Positions 1-6,109 of a stretch of DNA of 6,802 nt are shown piece after piece. Within the stretch, counting starts at the first letter, position 1, and the number at the start of each line of letters is the position of its first letter. The position numbers and the translations under genes are program-made. The stretch lies in IMG/VR virus record IMGVR_UViG_2563366874_000009, one strand, 5' to 3'. Below the pieces are notes generated by a model. It was given only the letters and a program-made list of their open reading frames with translations, was not told where the DNA came from and did no database searches. The DNA is from a virus. Its lineage: Duplodnaviria > Heunggongvirae > Uroviricota > Caudoviricetes.

Positions 1-102
1 TATATAATTATAGATTTATATAAAAAGTGCTTTACAGGTGGGAAAAAATTTCCTATGGTTATACCCGAAACCGAGCGATACCCGCCCTGGTTAAACCGGA
101 GA
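1..102. repeat. Terminal direct repeat, copy 1 (identical to 6701..6802); implies circular or tandem unit of 6700 bp
   Basis: Exact identity of bases 1..102 with 6701..6802 by direct reading; contains junction motif A and the 5' end of the first ORF. Confidence 0.9.
31..59 (+). promoter_or_regulatory. Putative sigma70-type promoter for the DUF3560-like gene
   Basis: TTTACA (31..36), 17 nt spacer, TATGGT (54..59); lies just downstream of AT-rich motif A. If used, it would exclude ATG 55 as the start and favour ATG 109. Confidence 0.3.
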
Positions 103-108
103 AATCTG

Positions 109-1176
109 ATGAATAAACAAGTAATTATTTCTGACTGGATCAACAACCCTAACAGCCTGTTAAGCACTGATACTGGCTACCTATTACGCCATGTTAATGG
201 TCGTATGGTCAAAAGCGATGAGCACGAAACCTTTTTCTTTGTTGAAGACGATGGGCGTATCTATGAGGATGGTTACTCTTATGAAGCCCAAACTGGTTGT
301 ATCCCTGCGGAGCTGGTGGATGTAACAGAAGATCTGCGCAAAGCATGGCTTGAACAGCAGCAGCGCGGAGATGATTACGTAAACACCTATCAGGAACGCC
401 AGAACGCGCGTCTTGCCCGATATATTGCTCGTGCAGAAAAAGCCAGAAAAGAAGGTGCGGTAGCGCGTAAGCGAGCGCATGACCTGTTGGATGTGATCCC
501 GTTAGGCCAGCCGATTTTAGTTGACCATTATAGCGCGAAAGGCCATCGCCGCCGTTTGTCTAAAGCTGATGCGTTATTCAGAAAAGCGTTTGTTGAATGC
601 GAAAGTAAAGCATCACACTACGAGAGCAAAGCCGCAGGTGTTGGTCGTAATGGAATTTCGTCTGATGATCCTGATGCGCTATTTAAGTTGCTTCGTAAGC
701 TGCAAGGCTGCATGAAGTCACACGTCAAAATGAAGGCCGCAAATAAGGCCATTCGCAAATACAAAAAAGACCAATTACAGCAGCTTTCTGCATTAATCGA
801 TCTCAGGTTTACAGAAAGCGAAGCCAAAGAGTTACTGGCCGGAGATTTCTGTGGGCACATCGGATTCCCTTCATACGCACTGAGCAACAATAACGCCGAA
901 ATCAAACGACTACAGAGCCGTATTAAGGAGCTTGAATCGGTCAAGTCTGTAACAGGAGCACAGCGCGAAGAATACGACGGCTTTTCTATGGAGATAGATC
1001 CAGAGGATAACCGCATCCTGTTTTATTTCCCTGGCAAACCAGAGGCAAACATTCGTTCGCTGCTTAAATCACGCGCCTTTAAGTGGAGTCCAACCCGTAA
1101 TGCATGGGTTCGCAAGATTACTCCAAACGCCCTGGCTGATGCCCGATATCTAAAAGAATCGCTATTGAAAGCCTGA
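109..1176 (+). CDS. DUF3560-like protein (function unknown; family often found in prophage/plasmid accessory regions)
   Basis: ORF 55..1176 in track; GGAG at 98..101 is 7 nt upstream of ATG 109, whereas ATG 55 has no well-spaced SD. Central motif GQPILVDHYSAKGHRRR plus flanking Arg/Ala-rich helices match my recollection of DUF3560. Alternative start 55. Confidence 0.55.
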   Translation: MNKQVIISDWINNPNSLLSTDTGYLLRHVNGRMVKSDEHETFFFVEDDGRIYEDGYSYEAQTGCIPAELVDVTEDLRKAWLEQQQRGDDYVNTYQERQNARLARYIARAEKARKEGAVARKRAHDLLDVIPLGQPILVDHYSAKGHRRRLSKADALFRKAFVECESKASHYESKAAGVGRNGISSDDPDALFKLLRKLQGCMKSHVKMKAANKAIRKYKKDQLQQLSALIDLRFTESEAKELLAGDFCGHIGFPSYALSNNNAEIKRLQSRIKELESVKSVTGAQREEYDGFSMEIDPEDNRILFYFPGKPEANIRSLLKSRAFKWSPTRNAWVRKITPNALADARYLKESLLKA

Positions 1177-1187
1177 CAGTAAGCCTA

Positions 1188-1207
1188 CGGCGGGACGTCT
1201 CCCGCCG
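1188..1207 (+). terminator. Perfect 8 bp inverted repeat hairpin (CGGCGGGA / TCCCGCCG) 12 nt after the ORF stop; possible intrinsic terminator
   Basis: GC-rich stem with 4 nt loop, followed by AT-rich sequence with a T-run only further downstream (TATATAGAATTATATATTT). Confidence 0.35.
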
Positions 1208-1240
1208 TATATAGAATTATATATTTATATAAATGTATAA
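1208..1240. repeat. AT-rich junction motif, copy B (ATAGAATTATATA-TTTATATAAA)
   Basis: Shares a 13-mer ATAGAATTATATA and a 10-mer TTTATATAAA with copy A (which has an extra 8 bp ATTATAGA between them); lies between block 1 and block 2. Confidence 0.7.
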
Positions 1241-1253
1241 GGACGCCTCGGCA

Positions 1254-1535
1254 ATGAAACGCAAAATTATTAACCCCCAAGATGTGATTAATTTCCTGAC
1301 CGATCACCCATGTTCAAAAGTGGACGTAATCGCGGAGCACATTGGTGTGTCGCAGAACTCTATGCGTTGCAGACTGAGAAGCATGGTTGCCGAAGGACAG
1401 ATAACAACCAGGAAAATAAATGGTTGCCTGTACTACTCCGCTAAACCGGAATTGCCATTTGGCATGAATCCTAACTCCATGTTGTTTAACACCTTATTAG
1501 CCAAAGTTAAGCCGTTGAGAGGGGCTGTGGCATGA
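1254..1535 (+). CDS. Small winged-helix/HTH-like DNA-binding protein (putative regulator), first gene of the coupled operon
   Basis: ORF 1233..1535 in track; AGGA about 10 nt upstream of ATG 1254, ATG 1233 has no SD. Segment VDVIAEHIGVSQNSMRCRLRSMVAEGQI looks like an HTH. Stop overlaps next start (ATGA at 1532). Confidence 0.45.
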   Translation: MKRKIINPQDVINFLTDHPCSKVDVIAEHIGVSQNSMRCRLRSMVAEGQITTRKINGCLYYSAKPELPFGMNPNSMLFNTLLAKVKPLRGAVA

Positions 1536-1897
1536 GCATCAAAACCCATACCGGAATAATCATTACCAATGATGGTGAGAAAAAAGTGAAGTTGCGCGAG
1601 ACGCCGACAACCTGGTGTGTTGGTCCGAAAGAAACATATCGCAAGGAAGATGGCCGTCGTTGTGGGGCACCACTTTCCCGCCGTCGCCTCCTCTTGAGCA
1701 CGATAAAACCTATCGGGCAGGTTGAGCAACCAACGACTCCGGTAACGAAGATTTCAGACAAGAGTCTGGCAAACCTGATCGCTGATGCGGACAAGGTGCT
1801 GGAGCGGAACACCCCCGTTGCAGATGAGGAATGGTGGCAGGATTTCCGAGCCGCAATGCTAGAGCTTCAGGAACGTCGTCGGGAGGAGTTGAAGTGA
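1532..1897 (+). CDS. Hypothetical protein (121 aa)
   Basis: ORF in track; ATGA overlap with upstream stop and GTGA overlap with downstream start indicate translational coupling; no family recognised. Confidence 0.5.
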   Translation: MSIKTHTGIIITNDGEKKVKLRETPTTWCVGPKETYRKEDGRRCGAPLSRRRLLLSTIKPIGQVEQPTTPVTKISDKSLANLIADADKVLERNTPVADEEWWQDFRAAMLELQERRREELK

Positions 1898-2085
1898 ACA
1901 AGAAAAATGCCGGATGGGTCAGGCCAATGAAGGCGAATAAACATCATTATTTTAATGAAGGTGAAGTAACCAGCATTTGCGGCCGTTGGATGTATTTTGG
2001 TGATTACCGTGAGCCAGACACTTTTGAGAGTCCTGATGATTGCGTGTCTTGTCGCCGGAAATTGAACAAGGTGGCTTCTAAATGA
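1894..2085 (+). CDS. Small hypothetical protein (63 aa) with three Cys
   Basis: In frame with track ORF 1831..2085; GTG 1894 overlaps upstream stop (GTGA) and stop overlaps next ATG (ATGA at 2082). Start codon choice uncertain. Confidence 0.35.
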   Translation: MNKKNAGWVRPMKANKHHYFNEGEVTSICGRWMYFGDYREPDTFESPDDCVSCRRKLNKVASK

Positions 2086-2702
2086 AAGAACGTGGTGTTG
2101 TTTTTAATGACGATATGGTTAGGGCCATCCTCGAAGGAAGGAAGACGCAGACTCGCCGACCTGTAAAAAATGTCAGGGCCGATAACTGCCTGGTTATCCG
2201 TAAACCGACAAAGAAACGCAATGGTGTCTATACCCACGTTATGGATGCACCGGAACATGGTTTATGCCCGTTCGGTAACGTTGGTGATCGCATATGGGTC
2301 CGTGAAACATTCAACGCTTTTTGGCTGGATAACGATGTCATTCAGGAAATCAAAGATGGTGTCTCTCTGGCTTCTGAACTGTGTGATTACAAGGCTGATT
2401 ACTCAGATAGTAGCAAGCCAGCTGAGGGCTGGACCCCGTCGATTCACATGCCGCGCTGGGCTTCGCGTATTTTGCTGGAAATTACCGACGTGCGTGTGGA
2501 ACGGCTGCATGACATGAGCGAGGCAGATGCTAAAGCGGAAGGCGCATCTCCGGCGACGTACAAGATTACACCGCCGGAAGCGGTTTATCGCGTTGGCTTT
2601 GGTGATATCTGGCGCGGTATTTACGGGCAAGAGAACTGGCTATCTAACCCGTGGGTATGGGTAATTGAGTTTAAACGTATTCAGGGGGCAACCAGTGAGT
2701 AA
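2082..2702 (+). CDS. ASCH-like domain protein (PUA-fold; predicted nucleic-acid binding or modified-base recognition)
   Basis: N-terminal MVRAILEGRKTQTRR resembles the ASCH GxKxxExR signature region and DRIWVRE the second conserved motif; assignment from memory of this common prophage family. Confidence 0.5.
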   Translation: MKERGVVFNDDMVRAILEGRKTQTRRPVKNVRADNCLVIRKPTKKRNGVYTHVMDAPEHGLCPFGNVGDRIWVRETFNAFWLDNDVIQEIKDGVSLASELCDYKADYSDSSKPAEGWTPSIHMPRWASRILLEITDVRVERLHDMSEADAKAEGASPATYKITPPEAVYRVGFGDIWRGIYGQENWLSNPWVWVIEFKRIQGATSE

Positions 2703-2952
2703 TTCCGCACGGCTACAGCTTGGTTTTTCACCGCTATCAAAAACCATCGTGTTGGCCAAAATGCGCGATTTAGGTGACGGAACAAAACGCCGTGTAGGCA
2801 ATGATCGCGGTCGTGATGTAACCAACGAGGCCGCACAACTCGTTTGGCATCTTGTCATGGCAGAAGGCGGTGAAATCAATTGGGAGCTGGATGATGGTTC
2901 TCGCATGGTGTTAAGGGCAGAAAAGCAGGGGGCAAACGATGAAAAACCGTAA
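2695..2952 (+). CDS. Hypothetical protein (85 aa)
   Basis: In frame with track ORF 2665..2952; GGGGG at 2684..2688 is 6 nt upstream of GTG 2695, which overlaps the upstream stop (GTGAGTAA). Alternative start ATG 2665 or 2761. Confidence 0.4.
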   Translation: MSNSARLQLGFSPLSKTIVLAKMRDLGDGTKRRVGNDRGRDVTNEAAQLVWHLVMAEGGEINWELDDGSRMVLRAEKQGANDEKP

Positions 2953-3133
2953 AGCAAAGATTCTGTTAGTTCGTAGAAACGCTCCTGGCGTCTGGCAGTG
3001 GGTGAGACTCAGCAACCGACGGATGGGGTTAATGAAACATTACGGGATGATGGATTGTGGTTTTTGCAAAAAGCCCAGCGCGGCGCAAAACCGCTGGAAA
3101 AACCACTGTTATCTGCGCACTAAAGGAGAGTGA
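2939..3133 (+). CDS. Small basic Trp/Cys-containing hypothetical protein (64 aa)
   Basis: ORF in track; GGGGG about 7 nt upstream of ATG 2939, start overlaps upstream stop. Composition is unusual, so it could be a spurious frame. Confidence 0.3.
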   Translation: MKNRKAKILLVRRNAPGVWQWVRLSNRRMGLMKHYGMMDCGFCKKPSAAQNRWKNHCYLRTKGE

Positions 3134-3134
3134 T

Positions 3135-3563
3135 GTGACCACTTTTACCGACAAAGAAATGATTAAAGAAATCAAAGAGCGCATAGGCAGCTTGGACGTT
3201 AGAGACAATATTGAGCGCCGTGCTTATGAAATTGCACTGGCATCACTGGAAGCAGAGCCGGTTGCAGTAAACGACGATATGGCTTACGCATTCCATCACG
3301 CATTGTCAGATTCATCGCTAGGCGCTGATGAAGTAGAGGAAATTAAGGCCGGTTTGCGTGCTGCCTTTGCCAACGTCACTATCCAACCAGAGCCGGTAGT
3401 GCCGGATGATGGGCGCGAAAAGTTCGAAGCACTTGTCAGGTTTCATGCGGGTGATAAAAACCATGAAACATTATTGCTTCGTGCCAACGAAGGGATGAAT
3501 TACCAGGACCCGAATGTTGATCTGGCGTGGATATTCTGGAAGTCCAGTCGTGAACATATATAA
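3135..3563 (+). CDS. Acidic hypothetical protein (142 aa), last gene of the coupled operon
   Basis: In frame with track ORF 3057..3563; AAGGAG at 3124..3129 is 5 nt upstream of GTG 3135. Alternative start GTG 3057. No Cys, so not a Zn-finger Q-type antiterminator. Confidence 0.5.
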   Translation: MTTFTDKEMIKEIKERIGSLDVRDNIERRAYEIALASLEAEPVAVNDDMAYAFHHALSDSSLGADEVEEIKAGLRAAFANVTIQPEPVVPDDGREKFEALVRFHAGDKNHETLLLRANEGMNYQDPNVDLAWIFWKSSREHI

Positions 3564-3579
3564 GCTGTAGTGAGAAGCC

Positions 3580-3759
3580 ATGCGCTTACGAGCAGTATTC
3601 AGATATTCAGAGCGGGTAATGAAGCACATACAACCGAAAACATGGCAGAAACTGGACTCTATGGGAGTTAAGTTGGAGAAGATTACTCAACTTAAGCAGT
3701 GGCATATCGGCGAATATTATGGAAGTCCTGGTCGGGATGTTCGGTTGGTAAAAAGTTGA
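3580..3759 (+). CDS. Possible small ORF (59 aa) in the leader region, absent from the ORF track
   Basis: Read by hand: ATG 3580 to TGA 3757..3759, with internal ATG 3619; non-repetitive peptide; weak SD; antisense to track ORF 3607..3789. Confidence 0.2.
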   Translation: MRLRAVFRYSERVMKHIQPKTWQKLDSMGVKLEKITQLKQWHIGEYYGSPGRDVRLVKS

Positions 3760-3904
3760 ACATTGCTTTTTTATTGATCGATTAACCACGATATGAAGGT
3801 TTTTTTATGGGGAAACCTTGTTTTAGGTGGTAACTGGGTGTAGTGTTTCATTTAACGTAGTAAAACTGCGTTAAGCGATTACCGCGTAATTTGTTGCTTT
3901 ATGA
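3760..3904 (+). promoter_or_regulatory. Structured leader upstream of the lysis cassette (candidate late promoter / antitermination region)
   Basis: Hairpin AAGGTTT..AAACCTT (3796..3819) and imperfect inverted repeat TTAACGTAG..CTGCGTTAA; several weak -35/-10 candidates (e.g. TTGAAC at 3756) but none convincing. Confidence 0.3.
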
Positions 3905-3936
3905 AGCCCTGCCTTTTTCGGCGGGGCTTTTTTTTT
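3905..3936 (+). terminator. Rho-independent terminator directly upstream of the holin RBS (tR'-like position)
   Basis: 9 bp stem AGCCCTGCC / GGCGGGGCT with one G-U wobble, 6 nt loop, followed by a 9-T run; orientation-specific for the + strand. Confidence 0.6.
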
Positions 3937-3949
3937 AACGAGGATTTCA

Positions 3950-4345
3950 ATGTCAGCAGAACCAATTTCCGGTACGGCCGTTGCTGCTGGTGGCCTGATG
4001 GGGGCCAGCGTTTTTGGTATTGCAACTGGTATTGATTACGGCGTTGTATTCGGGGCATTTGCTGGCGCTGTTTTCTATGTTGCTACAGCGGTGAATATTA
4101 GCCGTCTCAAGCTGATTGGCTATTTCTTTACATCGTTCATTGTTGGAGTGATTGGAGCGCCGTTAGTTGGCTCATTTCTTGCCAAATGGACCAGCTACAA
4201 CGATCGTCCTCTTGATGCACTTGGTGCGGTTATTGTGGCTGCATTGACAATTAAAATCCTCACGTTCGTAAACAGCCAGGATCTCGGTAGCATCTTTGGA
4301 ATGCTTTCCCGCTTACGTGGAGGGGGTTCAAATGGTAAGCAGTGA
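3950..4345 (+). CDS. Putative holin (multi-pass membrane protein)
   Basis: GAGGA SD before ATG 3950; three to four hydrophobic helices rich in Gly/Ala; charged C-terminus; sits immediately upstream of the endolysin. Confidence 0.6.
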   Translation: MSAEPISGTAVAAGGLMGASVFGIATGIDYGVVFGAFAGAVFYVATAVNISRLKLIGYFFTSFIVGVIGAPLVGSFLAKWTSYNDRPLDALGAVIVAALTIKILTFVNSQDLGSIFGMLSRLRGGGSNGKQ

Positions 4346-4628
4346 CCCGTCAGCACTGATTAATGCGGTGCTTTGCACAGTAATAGTAATGGCGCTGATG
4401 CTTTATCGACGGAAAGACTCCAGGCATCGTCCATTTGTTTCCTTTCTGGCTTATATCTACGTCATTGTATACGCCAATGTTCCCTTCCGTTATGTGTTCG
4501 GTCTTTATCAAGAATCCCACTGGCTGGTGGTTATTGGAAATCTGATTACCTGCATCGTTGTTCTGTATTTCAGGGGCAATCTGGCGCGAATAGTTGACGC
4601 ATTAGGGTTTAATCATGACCAAAGATGA
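4332..4628 (+). CDS. Second lysis-cassette membrane protein (holin or antiholin-like, about 3 TM segments)
   Basis: In frame with track ORF 4296..4628; GGAGGGGG SD 5-7 nt upstream of ATG 4332; overlaps holin 3' end and endolysin start. Confidence 0.45.
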   Translation: MVSSDPSALINAVLCTVIVMALMLYRRKDSRHRPFVSFLAYIYVIVYANVPFRYVFGLYQESHWLVVIGNLITCIVVLYFRGNLARIVDALGFNHDQR

Positions 4629-5157
4629 GATTTTTAACAGCGTTCTTGGAAAAGAGGGCGGCTATGTGGATCACCCTGACGACAAGGGAGGCCCAACAAA
4701 GTGGGGCATTACTCAGAACACTGCCCGTGCTCATGGATACCGTGGCGATATGCGCGATTTAACCCGCGAACAGGCACTGGAAATCCTTGAGGCTGATTAC
4801 TGGTACGGACCACGCTTTGATCAGGTGGCCGCATTATCCTCTGATATTGCCGCAGAGCTGTGTGATACCGGTGTGAATATGGGGCCAACAGTGGCGTCCA
4901 AAATGCTTCAACGCTGGCTGAATGTGTTCAATCTGCGTGGGAAGCTGTATCCCGATTTGGATGCAGATGGACGAATCGGTCCACGTACCATTAATGCGCT
5001 GCGTGCTTATCTTGGGAATCGGGGAAAAGACGGCGAACGGGTGATGCTGACGTCGCTGAACTGTACGCAGGGCGAACGCTATCTGGAGCTGGCGGAGAAG
5101 CGCGAGGCGAATGAGTCGTTTGTCTACGGCTGGATGAAAGAGCGAGTGGTGGTATGA
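4615..5157 (+). CDS. Endolysin, glycoside hydrolase family 108 N-domain with peptidoglycan-binding C-domain
   Basis: N-terminal LGKEGGYVDHPDDKGGPTKWGIT is the GH108 signature region as I recall it; stop overlaps i-spanin start (ATGA at 5154). Confidence 0.8.
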   Translation: MTKDEIFNSVLGKEGGYVDHPDDKGGPTKWGITQNTARAHGYRGDMRDLTREQALEILEADYWYGPRFDQVAALSSDIAAELCDTGVNMGPTVASKMLQRWLNVFNLRGKLYPDLDADGRIGPRTINALRAYLGNRGKDGERVMLTSLNCTQGERYLELAEKREANESFVYGWMKERVVV

Positions 5158-5432
5158 CTGGTTTGAAGGCCGTTTTGTCATTTATTGGCACAATTATATT
5201 GGTTGCATTCGGCGCGTTTGGTTTTGGTCGTATGAAGGGGCGAGAAAAGGCCGAAGATGAAGCTGAAAAGCAGCGCATAAATGAGAATGCAGCCGCCGTA
5301 AAAGCCACTGCGGAGCGGCGTATAGAAGTGACAAAAGAGGTGGGCAATGTACAGCAGAGTGTTAACCATATGGCTGATGACGATGTTGATCGCGAGCTGC
5401 GGGAGTCGTGGAAGCGTCCCGGTGGTGGTTGA
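5154..5432 (+). CDS. i-spanin (Rz-like; N-terminal TM helix then charged periplasmic helical region)
   Basis: Hydrophobic segment LKAVLSFIGTIILVAFGAFGF followed by Glu/Lys/Ala-rich sequence; position after endolysin; o-spanin starts inside it in another frame. Confidence 0.6.
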   Translation: MTGLKAVLSFIGTIILVAFGAFGFGRMKGREKAEDEAEKQRINENAAAVKATAERRIEVTKEVGNVQQSVNHMADDDVDRELRESWKRPGGG

Positions 5433-5556
5433 TACTGCCTGTGATTGGGTAAAGCCCATCTACCTGACTGATCACGATATCGATGTTATGGACCGCCAGA
5501 CAAAGAAAGATATTCTGGCTCATAACAGGGCATGGGAAATCAACTGCCCCAAGTAA
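5347..5556 (+). CDS. o-spanin (Rz1-like outer-membrane lipoprotein), overlapped architecture
   Basis: AGAGGTGGG SD before ATG 5347; signal peptide MYSRVLTIWLMTMLIASC with lipobox IAS-C; starts within the i-spanin gene and extends past it. Confidence 0.6.
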   Translation: MYSRVLTIWLMTMLIASCGSRGSVPVVVDTACDWVKPIYLTDHDIDVMDRQTKKDILAHNRAWEINCPK

Positions 5557-5590
5557 TATATATTTCTATAATTATATAAATATATAGTTA
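5557..5590. repeat. AT-rich junction motif, copy C (inverted relative to copy B)
   Basis: TTATATAAATATATA matches the reverse complement of the copy B core (about 17/21); begins directly after the o-spanin stop. Confidence 0.6.
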
Positions 5591-5646
5591 CAACATTCTA
5601 TGCGCTTTTCTCATGGGCGCACGCATCAACCATGTTTGTCTGATAT

Positions 5647-5700
5647 GCCGCCGCGCCCAAAAATCCTGAATTTATTGGCTGGGATTTTCGTGCGCGGCGC
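5647..5700. other. Long interrupted inverted repeat 26 bp upstream of the tRNA
   Basis: Outer 8 bp GC stem (5649..5656 with 5692..5699) plus inner 7 bp stem AAAATCC/GGATTTT (5660..5666 with 5682..5688) around a 15 nt loop; no T-run follows. Confidence 0.4.
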
Positions 5701-5725
5701 CACACCAGACAAACAGATCAAATAT

Positions 5726-5801
5726 GGCCCCTTAGCTCAGTGGTTAGAGCAGGCGACTCATAATCGCACGGTCATCGGTTCAAATCCGGTAGGGGCCACC
5801 A
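5726..5801 (+). tRNA. tRNA with CAU anticodon; closest by memory to enterobacterial tRNA-Ile2 (lysidine-modified, reads AUA), phage-borne variant
   Basis: Cloverleaf read by hand: 7 bp acceptor stem GGCCCCT/AGGGGCC, D-arm GCTC-AGTGGTTA-GAGC, anticodon loop CTCATAA (CAT at 5759..5761), T-loop TTCAAAT, 3' ACCA. The 5' half matches my recollection of E. coli ileX; T-arm differs. Confidence 0.85.
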
Positions 5802-6010
5802 ATTCACTCTCACACATAAAGATAAGCGCGGTGGAGTTACTTCCTTCGTGCTCATCTTTATGCGTGCCTGGTGCGCATTTCGGGCGAACGTGGGGCTAAG
5901 TTACAGGCAGGGCCTGTTATCCGCAAAGGGGTAAAAGCTGGAGCGGCACGGAACTGTAGCCGTGTTACCAAAACAGCGTTGTCGGGCGATATCCGGCACA
6001 CAACAGGCAA

Positions 6011-6041
6011 GGGCATTAATCAGTCTGGTTAGTGCCCTTTT
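6011..6041 (+). terminator. Hairpin terminator downstream of the tRNA region
   Basis: 9 bp stem GGGCATTAA / TTAGTGCCC (one G-U), 9 nt loop, then TTTT; T-run is short so strength is moderate. Confidence 0.4.
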
Positions 6042-6109
6042 CGTTGCGTCTGCTGTAGAGCTGGCCAGCGTTATGACTGCCGGAGATAAGCGCCGGAGGC
6101 ACAACTAAC

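Noticed and set aside
55-108. ATG 55 as the start of the first gene, and GTG 3057 as the start of the last operon gene
   Set aside because: ATG 55 has no properly spaced SD and sits inside the putative -10 element, while ATG 109 has GGAG at 7 nt. GTG 3135 has AAGGAG at 5 nt and avoids overlap with 2939..3133. Both longer versions remain possible.
3135-3563. Q-type late antiterminator assignment for the gene just upstream of the lysis leader
   Set aside because: Position suggests it, but the protein has no cysteine (so no Zn-finger as in lambda Q) and no recognisable Q-like motif; left as hypothetical.
521-4597. Nested + strand ORFs 521..715, 2170..2517 and 4373..4597
   Set aside because: Alternative frames inside the DUF3560-like, ASCH-like and second-holin genes, with no independent start signals; the main frames have the recognisable motifs.
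5600-5899. Track ORF 5600..5899 (+), 99 aa
   Set aside because: It runs straight through the tRNA gene and the upstream inverted repeat; the frame is a by-product of non-coding structured DNA.
5802-6010. Additional intact tRNA genes after the first tRNA
   Set aside because: No second T-loop (GTTCRANYC) or acceptor/anticodon arrangement could be built by eye.
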